From the NCBI RefSeq assembly GCF_009914755.1, contig NC_060930.1: 64,000 bases of DNA. The stretch is one strand, 5' to 3'. Shown piece by piece: positions 42,972 to 54,461 of the stretch. Position numbers and translations under genes: made by a program. Below the pieces are notes generated by a model. The model was not told the origin of the DNA. It did not search any database and saw only the letters and a list, made by a program, of their open reading frames with translations. The DNA comes from the human T2T-CHM13v2.0 reference genome, Homo sapiens. The first letter of the stretch is position 1; each line of letters opens with the position of its first letter.

Positions 42972-43723
42972 TGTGTGAGCTTTGAACGGGGGTCTGTTCA
43001 CCCAGCACAGTAAAGCCAAACGTCCACACGAAGGTTTTGCAGTGGGAGAAAGGAGGGCATTTATTTGTGGGGCACGAAGGAAGAAGAATCGAGCAGCTCA
43101 CAGTTAAGACTCAGCCATCCTGATGGCTGACAAGCAAGGCTTTTGAAAGGCAGGGCTACATTTCAGGGAAGCAGAAGCTACCAGTAAAATCATAAATCAA
43201 CACATGGAGGTTATATGTTGGCTTGAACTAAAAAGGTAAGATATCTGGAAGTGAGGATTTACAGGTCAAAGGTGGTTTCAAAGTTCTCTGATTTGTGATT
43301 GATTAAGGAAGTGAAAGTGTCTAAAACCTTGGGGTCAGCAGAAAGGAATATTAAGGTCTGGCCTGTGGACCCTCAGGAAGAAATTTAGTACAAAGAACAG
43401 CAGTCCGAGTTCAGTCATCGGTTCCTGTTGGTCTGAGGTCTATGTACCAGTGGATACATTTGGTGGGTGTCTAAGTTTCTGAAAGGCAAATCAGGAATGT
43501 ATGTTAAGATGTTACGTTTAGTTTCTATATGGAACAAACATCTTGTGACTCTTTCTTGGTTACTGTTTTAAGCTATCATTACCTTCTTGCTTATCAGGTT
43601 GTCATTTCCTTCTTAGGGCTAGCTAGGTGCCTAGAATCTGCCTTGAAGGAACTCAAGGTTTTCCTTTATTTCCATGCTTGAGGGGGCCTGGAGGCCCCTA
43701 AGTGGGGTCCCTGCTCCATCTCA
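42972..43723 (-). mobile_element. ERV1 solo LTR (LTR48/MER49/MER72-like group)
   Basis: Ends ...ttttcctttatttccatgcttg...ggggtccctgctccatctca; homologous to 57773-58656 and 63019-63791. Confidence 0.85.
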
Positions 43724-44105
43724 GCCTCCCTTTGTACCCAGGGAGAGAGGTTTCAATGTACCACTCAGAGAGCTGGACACAGCTTCTGTAACTGGGAGGT
43801 AATGAAGCATCTGTGACAGATTCCCCCTAGCACAGCTTTAGTGACCAGTGGTGCCCAGAGAGAGGGTTGTGTCATTACACTCCCCCAAAGGCAGGTCAAC
43901 ATTGCATGACTCCTAGGGACCAGCCCATTTTGGCAATATTGGCGTTGGGCTGTTTTAGAAGACATCCTGAAAGCATTGAAGAGGTGAGAAGAGAGAATAC
44001 ATGAAAGTGCCCACAAGACAAAGTCAACTTGAAGCATTTATAAGGTCTGGAGGCTGTGGGGTCATCTTATGGCAGCATCAGTCAGTTAAGAACCTTACTG
44101 TCCCC

Positions 44106-44639
44106 TCTAGTGGAGGAAAAATCATTTTCTTTCTATCCTCCATGGTTCTTAGCTGCGACTCCCAGTAACAAAAGATAGGTTAACAAGAGGACAAACAGAA
44201 GTTTAATAACATCTATACCTCTTGTATAGATGGGAGAAAGCCCAGAAAAAAATGAGTAAATCTCTAGAGTAGATCTCAAAGAGTTATCTTAGACTTCAGG
44301 CTTAAATGCCATCATTCTCTGAAACAAGGAAAAAGGGGTGTGGGGACACAGGTTGAAGTGGCTGTGACTGGCACCTTAAACGAAGGGAAGGTTTGTTATG
44401 CAAATTCAAGTTGATGCCTTCTCCGTAGATTAAGGGTTTCATTTAGGCCTCCTTCTCTTTCTGGTGCAGAGAGGGAGACACGCTGATAATAGAGATTTCC
44501 TGTAGAGGTGTAAATGTTTCTCATAAAGGGGTTACTTCTTGGAGCTTCTCCTTGGTCTGCAGTTTCTCAAAATGACAGCTCAGAATAGTCTTTATATCAA
44601 AGAGGCATATTTTGGGGTGGCATGCCCTGAACCCTATCC
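44106..44639 (-). mobile_element. MER34A-like ERV1 solo LTR
   Basis: gtaacaaaagataggttaacaagag...aaacagaagtttaataac...aaagaggcatattttggggtggcat. Confidence 0.88.
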
Positions 44640-44660
44640 CCTCCTTTCCATCCCTTTCTA

Positions 44661-45465
<805 letters not shown>

Positions 45466-45859
45466 AGATTAGCCAGGAAAGCAAAAAAGCCAACCATATC
45501 CTCTTCCCCAAAGAAAGGCAGTGTGACTGGTGAAAATAGGGACACTGTACCTTCCTGAGTATTGAAGTTTTGCTTGATGTATTGGGCTGGACATCATTCA
45601 TTTCTAAATTAATTGAGACATGACTGAGACTTCAAAGAACTGTTTGACTTTTCTATTGCTAAGATTGAACAGAAAGTTGTGGGGAATGTCCTATATTTTA
45701 TTCCCAGACAAGGGAAAGATTCCCTGGCAGACAGTGTAAAAGAGAACGTGGGTGTCAAAAATATGATGCCCCATGAGGCCTGGATGATGGATGGGCTGGT
45801 TACAGTCTCTATTTTCCACTCAATAGAAACTCTTGGGCTGCCAGCAGATATTTGCAGAT

Positions 45860-46740
45860 TCATTTAACAAATACCTGTAGTTGTTGACATACTTGGCACT
45901 TGACAGCACTAGAGAGCAACACTCAACAAACCTCATGCTTTACCCTCAAGGAGCTGATGGTCCACTGGGAAATGAAGACAAGTAAGGAGAAAATGAAAGT
46001 GACTTTTCAACGTGATAGGTATTGCTAAGGGTGCTGAGATGCACCTGATCTTGTCTCAGAGGCATTCCATGGGAAGTTAGGCTTAATTTGAGACCTGAGG
46101 GACCAGTAGGTATTGACTGGACAAAAAGAGGAAGAAGAAGAAGAAGGAAGCAGAGGAAAGAGAAGTGTTTTTCAGACAGAGTCAACAGCAGGGGGATAAA
46201 AGCTGCAGAGAGATGAACAGCGAGAAATTGGAAAGTGAAATTGAGAGTGAGAATCACAAGAAATTATAATTGAGAAATAGGGTTGCATCTTGAAGAGCTT
46301 TATAAACCACATTCAGTTTGCATTTTAATCTTAGGACAGTGTTGATTTTTAGCAAGGGAAGAATCATATTTGTGCTTCCGAACAATTTTCTCTAAAGTAA
46401 GGTAATAAGAAGAAACTATTAGATCCTTTAACTACATTGTTTAAAATGTAACCTTTAAAATTTTCTAATAGATTTATTACCCATAAACTTAATATAGTCG
46501 CAGGAGTACGTGCACATAATTTATAAATGTACACGTATTTGGGAGTGCAGGGGTGATTGCTTTAGAAAAGTCACTCTGGCTGCAGGCTATGGCAGCATGG
46601 AACATGGATTGGAGGACAGCGAGGGCAGAGGCAAGGAGGCTGGTTAGGAGGCTGTTGCACTGACCCATATAGAAATGATAGAGTCAGGAACCAGCATAAT
46701 GGCATTAAGTGTAGAAAGAAGTGGCTAAATTGAAGCAAGA
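45860..46740 (-). mobile_element. L2 remnant
   Basis: ttcatttaacaaatacct...ttaccctcaaggagctgatggtc...agtcactctggctgcaggctatgg...ggttaggaggctgttgca. Confidence 0.7.
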
Positions 46741-48429
46741 TGTTAATGTCACTCCATGTTTGCAAATAAGACTATTCCATTAGAGATCTCCAGCATCCAC
46801 AGGCCAGTTAATGAGTCAGGAGAAAAAAGAGCACTGGCTGTCAAAAAATCCAGCCTTCAAGTCCTGCTTTCTTCACTTATTATGAGATTTGGGCAAATCA
46901 TTTACTTGCTGAGGTTTGGTTTCCTCAATCATAAAAATGGGGCTCTCAATACAAGACCCTACCTGCCACCTGGGTCAAGTGCTGAGCAACTGAAGTAACA
47001 AAAAAGGGATGACTTTGAAAATTGTAAAGGATTAGGAAAATGATAAATATTTTTCCAACAAGGACTATATTTTTGTGTATAAGTTGTCACCAAAAACAGG
47101 ATTTGACTTCATTTTTAATTAAAATGAAGAAGCTAACTATTCTTATGCTTAGCAAAAGACAGCATCTTTTCTTATTAATGTTGAAAACAGTAATAAATGG
47201 GTCAAATGGTTATGGCTTTTCCTCCTTGGGAAGCTTTGAGACTCAGTTTCCTTATGTGTCAATGGAAAATAATGGCATCTGTCCTATCTATCTCTTCACT
47301 GAACCCCTCAGAAGGGGGACATTAGTACTCACTGAGGTGGCGGTCAGGAACTTTGCTTTCCCCACAACTTCCTTATGTGACCTTGAACAAGTCACGTGAC
47401 AACCTCTAGCCATGATTTCCTTATCTATAAAGTGTGAGTAAGGTGATTTCCAAGGTGATTTCCAAGCACCTTCCAGATATTGAATATCATTATCTACGAG
47501 ATGTGAACGATGAGATGAAATATGAAGCATGCTTTGTTACAGTTGTGATTTTATTTGCCTGGTTGAAAAAGAAAGGAGGGGAAGCTTTAGGGGAAATAAA
47601 AAGTTTACCACTAGAATTATCTGCACATTAACCAAGTCATGGAAAATGGAAGAAGCTGTGAAGATTTTCTCAATATGCAGAGCCACCAGACAATCGCTGA
47701 CAATAAAATTGTGAATTCAGCAATTCCATGCTGTGTTTTAATTTTCTGGCACTGGCGTGCCCATTATTTAAGCATGCATTTGGATTGGTGCCAGCCTGCC
47801 CTCATCACCACGGCTCAGAAGGGATGCTGAGAAGCCTCCCCCAGCTCACACCAGCAGGTCTGGGGCTCCTGCAAACCCTATTCCTCTGGAAGTTCAGGAA
47901 AAGGAGGTAGGACAGCAGACTTTATATAGGACAAAGGGAAACTGGGAGATAATTGGAGAAAAAATGAGGAAGAGAGTGGGAGAGGACAACTGGAGGAAAT
48001 ATTGGAACAGAATGAAGGGAAAAAGGGAGAGAAGGTCCTGAATGTAAATGTTTCATGGCCAACATGAAAAGGGGAAATTAGGCACCAGAATAAGGTAGGA
48101 GAAGAAAATAAAAGATGGGAATCTACAGTGACTCTATGTCCCAGATCTCTTTCTAGTCTCTGGTCAGGGGCATGGTGGGTGGACCACCTCCAGCTGCAGT
48201 GCCTTCAAGATCTGCTACAGCATTTGAACTGAGGCCATGCTCTTCCCCCAGATCTTCCTGGGTAGCCCCCAGGCAATGGCTGAGCATGGTGAGTGCTTCA
48301 TGGCCTGGCCAATATTTACCTGATGTGGGACTCTGCTCCAGAGTTCCTCATTAGACTGGTTGACAGTCTCTCAGAGCTGCCCTGTAGGTGAAGATTTTTC
48401 CTACCCTACCTTCCTCCCTTTCCCCCTTA

Positions 48430-49527
48430 TGATCGTTAGTTTTCATGGTAACCTGGCTAGGTGACAATGCACAGTCATATAATGAAACACTAATCTAAGT
48501 GTATCTATAAATGTGTTTATAGATGTGGTTAGCATTTATGGTCAGTTTGTTAGCAGTGGCGAATCTGTATGGGGCCGGAGCAACCTCAATTCTTGCCTCC
48601 TCAGAAGAAAGAATTGGACGGAGGGGCATAAAGGCAGAGTGAGAGACCGACATAAGTTTTAGAGCAGCAGTGAAAGTTTATTAAAAAGTATCAGAGCAGG
48701 AATGAAAGGGAGTAAAGTACACTTGAAAGAGGGCCAAGTGGGTGACTCGAGAGATCAAGTCCACTGTTTGACCTTTGACATGGGGTCTTCTACACTGGCA
48801 GGCTTCCAGGGGGTTGCATCCCTTCTCCTCTGATTCTTCCCTTGGGGTGGGCTGTCTGCATGCACAGTGGCCTGCCAGCCCTTGGGAGGGGCCGCATGCA
48901 CAGTGTGTTTATTGAAGTTGCGTGCATGCTTGCTTGAGGTGTTTTTCCCCTAGCAGTTGAGTGTTCTTCGAAGAAAATAATATACCAGGTAAACCCCACC
49001 ATTTTGCCTCTTAGGGTGCATGCTTGAGCCCACTTGCCCAACTCCTGAGATCTTATGGGGAAGCTGCTGATCACCAGCTTCAGGTATTTTCTTTCTATTG
49101 GGAGACTACTTTTCCCTGATGCTGAGTGTGACCAATTACCATTTCAGAGAATCAGTTTAACAACTGCCTGACCATCATCTGATGGTTGCCCAATGTCCCT
49201 GGTGGGATCACCGGAGCTCTCCTACCCTGCTCACGTCTGCCTGACAACCTACTGTAAAAACTTGACTTAAAGTAAAGGAGATGACCCTTAATAATGTGGG
49301 TGGACCTCATCTAGTCAGTTGAAAACCTTAAGAGCAAAACTGAGGGTTGCCAAAGAAGAAGAAAATCTGCTTTGAGATTGTAGCATTGACTCTTACCTGA
49401 GTTTCCAGCCTGCCTGTCCTGCAAGTTTCAGACTTGCCACCCCTCCACAATTGCATGAGCTAATTCCTTAAAATAAACAAACCATCTCTAATTAGTTCTG
49501 TTTCTCTGGAGAACGCTCACTAATCCA
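48430..49527 (+). mobile_element. MLT2-like ERVL LTR interrupted by MER50
   Basis: aaacactaatctaagtgt...agatgtggttagcattt | gacttaaagtaaaggagatgacc...ttctgtttctctggagaac...ctaatcca. Confidence 0.8.
48548..49259 (-). mobile_element. MER50-like ERV1 solo LTR
   Basis: tgttagcagtggcgaatc...aattcttgcctcctcagaagaaagaatt...ccctgctcacgtctgcctgacaacctact; TSD agtt/actt. Confidence 0.85.
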
Positions 49528-49531
49528 TATC

Positions 49532-49837
49532 TTTTTTTTTTTTTTGGTGGGGAGGGTGGTCAGAGTTTCACTCTTGTTGCCCAGGTTATAGTGCATTGGT
49601 GCCATTTCGGCTCACCGCAACCTCCACCTCCTGGATTCAAGTGATTCTTCTGCCTCAGCCTCCCAAGAAGCTGGAATTACAGGCACCTGCCACCACGCCT
49701 GGCTAATTTTGTATTTTTAGTAGAGACGGTGTTTCTCCATGTTGGTCAGGCTGGTCTCGAACTCCTGACCTCAGGTGGTCCGCCTGCCTCAGCCTCCCAA
49801 AGTGCTGGAATTACAGGCATGAGCCACCGCGGTGGCC
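49532..49837 (-). mobile_element. AluSp
   Basis: Sp diagnostics tttcactcttgttgccc, ctcaccgcaacc, tttctccatgttggtcagg. Confidence 0.92.
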
Positions 49838-51427
49838 CATCCCTCTTCTTTCATAGACATCAGATCTGCATGATAGTCTGAAGGCTTTCCCTGATCACCC
49901 CTGCTCCCTCTTACTTTTATCCTTCATGATGTTACCTTCAATAAATCTCTTCACCTTCTAACTCCATCTTGCCCTCTGCTTGAAAGGAGCCAACCACACC
50001 GTGGCATGGCTTCATTTACACTTTTCAGACTATGTGTTCATTTTTACCTTAGAATATCTGAGCATGATTGATAACACCTTGGGAACTTATAACTCTTGAG
50101 TGGTAGGAAAAGAAGCTGAAGAAATATGGTGTAAAAACAGAAATGAAAGGGAGGTCGAAGGCTAGGAGAAATATGGGGTCACAGCTAGGAGAAGTATAAA
50201 GGAAATTGCCTTTCTGGAAATGTCAGATTTGAATGTTTTGTTTAATAGATCACCTACCAAGGGCTTTTTGCAAACAGTGGCATGGGAATATACCAGGCAG
50301 GAAAGCGAAGGAACAGACAAGCACACACTGATGTTTGCCTCATTTTTGCTTTTTGCTCATTGGAGAATCCATCACAAATGTGTATTTCCCCTTTGCCAAT
50401 TGCCATCTCTTCAATTACCTTACTTAAGAACACACACAAAAACAGTATTCCTTGCATCTGCTCCAATTTTCTCCCAAACTTTTATAGCTTCCTCTGCCTG
50501 ACTTTTTAACAAAATGAAACTACATTGTAGAAACTTCTGCTATTTCACTGCAGATTTTTTCCTTGGTTGCTTTACTTGTGGTTTATAGAGAGAATGACTG
50601 GGAACCATCTGAGGTGAGATGTGTGATACAATGATAATGTGACAACGTCACCCACCCAGTTCACTGCACATGGCTGAGAATGAAATGTGAGTGCCAATTA
50701 AAGTGGCCATACCTGTATCCTTGCAGGACATTACCTGACAGCCTCTGAAGTTGGATTTTCCTTTCCAAGCCTGTGTTGACTTTCCTTAAATCTGCAGAGC
50801 ACCCATTCATTCTTTCTTTCATCTATTTATTTAGCATTTCTTTAGTTAACTGAAGTCCTAGTAGGTGCTGGGGAGTGTGCTGGATGCTGACGAAGTAATG
50901 GAATGTTAAACAACATCCCTGCCCTCAGAAGGCTTCACGGTCTATTTTTCAAGTAAATCCTTACCGGGCTGACTGTGTTTCTGGATCACACAGCTTTAAA
51001 CTTTAATGAGGGTATAGCTTAAGTAAGCTTTGAGACCTTCTCCTGATGTGGCAGCCACGACTAGCAAGCACATCAAGGATGTCTGTTGCTCCACACAGCC
51101 AGGGAAGGGACCACAGGCCTTGCTGGCGCTGAGGTCTTTATTGTTGAAAGCCAATTGGCATCTGCCAGTCAAGTTCAGCTCTTATTTGACCCCATTAATT
51201 CAGTGCACCAGCCAAACCAGCAAGCACAACTGAGCAGCCAATCTCTCCTCAAATGGAAGTCACTTGAGATGAAGCAGGCAGCGTTGCTGCCCAATTCCAA
51301 TCAATACAACTTCTGTGATAACTCAGTCACCAATGTTCTGTTTCCAGGGCATCAGAATTCCTTACGCAAATGACTTTGCATTAGCCTGGTGTATTGGTCA
51401 AAGTTGTCAGGAAAAAAGAACTGATCA

Positions 51428-51430
<3 letters not shown>

Positions 51431-51487
<57 letters not shown>
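51431..51487 (+). repeat. (TG)n(AG)n compound microsatellite
   Basis: Directly visible. Confidence 0.95.
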
Positions 51488-51492
<5 letters not shown>

Positions 51493-51713
51493 TTTATCTT
51501 AAGAAATTGGCTCCCATGACTATGGGAACCGGCAAGTCTGAAATCTACAGGACAGCCAGGCAGTCGGGAAATTCCAGCAGGAATTGATATGTTAGTCTTG
51601 AGTCCCAAAGTCCAAAGGCAGTCTGGAGGCAGAATTCCTTCCTCTTCAGCGTGCCCCAGTCTTTCCTATCAAGACCTTCAACTGATTGGATGAAGGCTAC
51701 CCAGGTTATGAGG

Positions 51714-52252
51714 TGAAGAGTGCTGACATATGTCATCCCAGAATATGCCTCTTTGGCATATGGATTATTTTGGGCTAAAGGCCACTGAGAATCAGCAGAC
51801 ACAGAAAAAAACTCTAAAAACAGGTCACACGTTTTCCTTTTGTAAAGGAAATTTCCTTTTGTGAAAGGCATCCCCTTCTGTACCAGGAAGAGGAAGACTC
51901 TTAACAATGGTCATTAATGGTGAAAGCACTGATTTAAATCTGCGTAACAAGCCTTAATAAACAACACTTGCTCATCATACTGTTCCTGGTCACCTTCCCA
52001 TAACTATCCCCTTTCCCCTGAAGCCCTAACCCCCTTTTCCTTTGTTTTTGCCTAAGATGGTATACAAGCCCAGGCTCTAACCACCCCTTTGAGTTCCTCA
52101 TCCCTGAGTGCTTCCGTGTGTATGTGCGATGCACAGGTTAATAAACATCTGTTTGTTTTCCCCTTGCTAATCTGTCTTTTGTCAGTCTTATAGAGCCTCA
52201 GCTGGAGAACCTAAGAAGGGTAGAGAACAAAGATTTTTTTCTGTCTCCTGGA
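51714..52252 (+). mobile_element. MER34-group ERV1 solo LTR
   Basis: aatatgcctctttggcatatggattatttt...aataaacatctgtttgtttt...aagaagggtagag. Confidence 0.88.
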
Positions 52253-52666
52253 GTAGATAACCTGCTTTACTCAAAGTGTCTGATTTGAAGTTAATCACGT
52301 CTGAAAAAATATCTTCACAGCAGCATCTAGACAAGTGTTTGCCAAACAACTAGGCACCATAGCCTAGACAAGATGACACATAAAATTAACCGCTGTCTCT
52401 CATGAACTCCAGTTTTAGTGTTTTACCAAATGGTGGTGGAAGGTATCACTTCACATTAAAATTAAGAAAGACAGAAAAATCTAAGCATTTTTGGTATGGT
52501 TTTAATTATTTTCAAAGAATTACACAAGGAATACATGATTATAGCCAAAAATTTATGCTACATTGATTAAAAAAACAATTTAATTATAATACCACAATTC
52601 TAAAGTAATTGCTGTTATTTTTTTTTACATGCAATATTCCCATTATTTTCTTACAATGGGGTCCTA

Positions 52667-53157
52667 CATAGGGGAGAAAAAAGCTCTTCCTTCACCCATG
52701 TTAAGCTCTTCAGATGAGGCCCTATAAGTTAGACTGGCAAAAGACAGACTAGCAAGAGAAAAACAAACAGACTTATTAACATGCATATTATGCTTACGTA
52801 TGGGAGCACCCAAAGATGAGTAAACCAAAGGCATGGTTAGAGGGCTTATATACTGTCTTAGGCTAAAACAAGGAAAAGGGAGGGAGAGACCTAGGAAATG
52901 TATGGTAAACAAGGATTGTTTATTGAAGTTTGTTATGCAGAATTAAGTCAGTGCCTTCTCCATTAATGAGAGTTGTTAAAAGTCCTCCTCTTTCTGGTAC
53001 GGGTAAGGGAGACATCCTTTACAATTTTAAAAGGAAAACTTTTGACCTGTTTCTAGAGTTTTTCCTGTGTCTGCTGATTCTCAATGGCCTCTAGCTTAAA
53101 ATAATCCATATGCCAAAGAGGCATATTTTGGGGTGGCATATCTGGCACCACCCTTCA
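52667..53157 (-). mobile_element. MER34-group ERV1 solo LTR inside an L1M remnant
   Basis: ...aaataatccatatgccaaagaggcatattttggggtggcatat...cttca; 4-bp TSD ccta/ccta. Confidence 0.88.
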
Positions 53158-53159
53158 CC

Positions 53160-53545
53160 TACTCTACCTAATATTGTAGAACTTGCTTTTTGTACTTGAT
53201 CACACACTGGGTGAATTATTTCAAGATAATATATATTCTTCTACTACAACAGCATTCTTAATTGTCATCATATATTCTATTGTGTAAATATACCATCATT
53301 TACCTAACAAATCCTTTATGACTAGACATTTAAAACATTCCAAATTTATCCCCATTATACACAAGTCTACAATAAATGTCTTTGGTCATTTGTCTAAATA
53401 GTCTTTGTTCATTCATCTATTTATTTCTCTCTGATAAACTCCAGAAAGGGGATTACTAGGTCAACAAGTGTGCACATTTTCAAGAAGCTTTTGATACATC
53501 TTGACAAGCTGCTCTTTAGGAAAATACACCAATTAATACAAGTAC
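53160..53545 (-). mobile_element. L1ME-like remnant
   Basis: tattctattgtgtaaatataccatcattt...agacattta...ggattactaggtcaa...ttttgatacatcttgaca. Confidence 0.7.
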
Positions 53546-54119
53546 TATTGTTTTAATAGCATGTGTTTATCAGCTTATGTTACTTCCATATAATAATAAA
53601 TACCTCTGAATCCTCTATTTTCAGAATTAAGCTTGCAAGAAAAATTCTTCACAAAAATACAAGTCTGAAGTACTAAGAAAAAGAAAAACTGTTTTAATCC
53701 TACCCTTTGGCTTTTAAGAAAATTCTCATTTTAGCATTTTTTAAAAATTAAATATATTTCCCTCCATTGATGCACCATTCTACTATAAATTTGATACTGC
53801 ATTATCTAAGAGTAAGGTGATTTAAGAGACAGATGACTTAAGAATACATGTATGTGTATAAAAAAAGTAATGATGCTTAGTATTTGAGGATTGGCAGGCT
53901 GGGTGAAATGAAGGCTAGGTGAGGATAACCAGATTTTCCAGTTCCAGAATTCATAAATTGAATACTTTTATAGTAGGAATATACTCTCCACAATCACCCA
54001 TACTGTGACCTTCCATCAAATCAGATCAGAGAAACCCTAGAGCCAGTCTTAATGCAAGTTAATAGACAGTAGGCTGATGCCCCCCTGAGTAGACATGGAC
54101 CACAGGACTCTGAGTAGTT

Positions 54120-54461
54120 TGCTTAAATATATTCTTCAAGTGAAACAAAGAAGGACATGGGAAAGCCCACTAATAGGGCGTTATCTAGGAAAAGTAGGGT
54201 AAACAAGAGCAAGGTTGTTATGCAAATTTATGTGGGTGCCTTCTCCATTGATGAGTCGATTTAGTCATTCTTCCCTTCCTGGTACAGAGAGGGATGGAGA
54301 TTACAAATGGAGATTTCCTTTATAGATGCAAATTTCCTCTGCAAAAGGGTAACTTATACTCCATTTTCAGTCCTGTGTCTGCAGCTTCTCGAAATAATCA
54401 GCTCAAAATAATCCTTATGCTAAAAAGGCATATTTTGGGGTGGCATATTCTGGTCTCCTAC
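54120..54461 (-). mobile_element. MER34A-like LTR (5' two-thirds only)
   Basis: aatggagatttcctttatagatg...aaataatccttatgctaaaaaggcatattttggggtggcatattctggtctcctaca. Confidence 0.85.

Larger units (their letters stand above)
48200..50000 (+). mobile_element. ERVL LTR16-like LTR split by MLT2, MER50 and AluSp
   Basis: Left piece gagctgccctgtaggtgaag...cctaccctaccttcc; right piece catcagatctgcatgatagtctgaaggctttccctg...aataaatctctt...ctaactccatcttg; boundaries approximate. Confidence 0.55.
51390..52396 (-). mobile_element. MLT2-like ERVL LTR with (TG)n(AG)n, split by a MER34-group LTR
   Basis: aagaaattggctc...gcaagtctgaaatc...ccttcaactgattggatga | ctgctttactcaaagt...gatgacacataaaattaacc. Confidence 0.85.
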
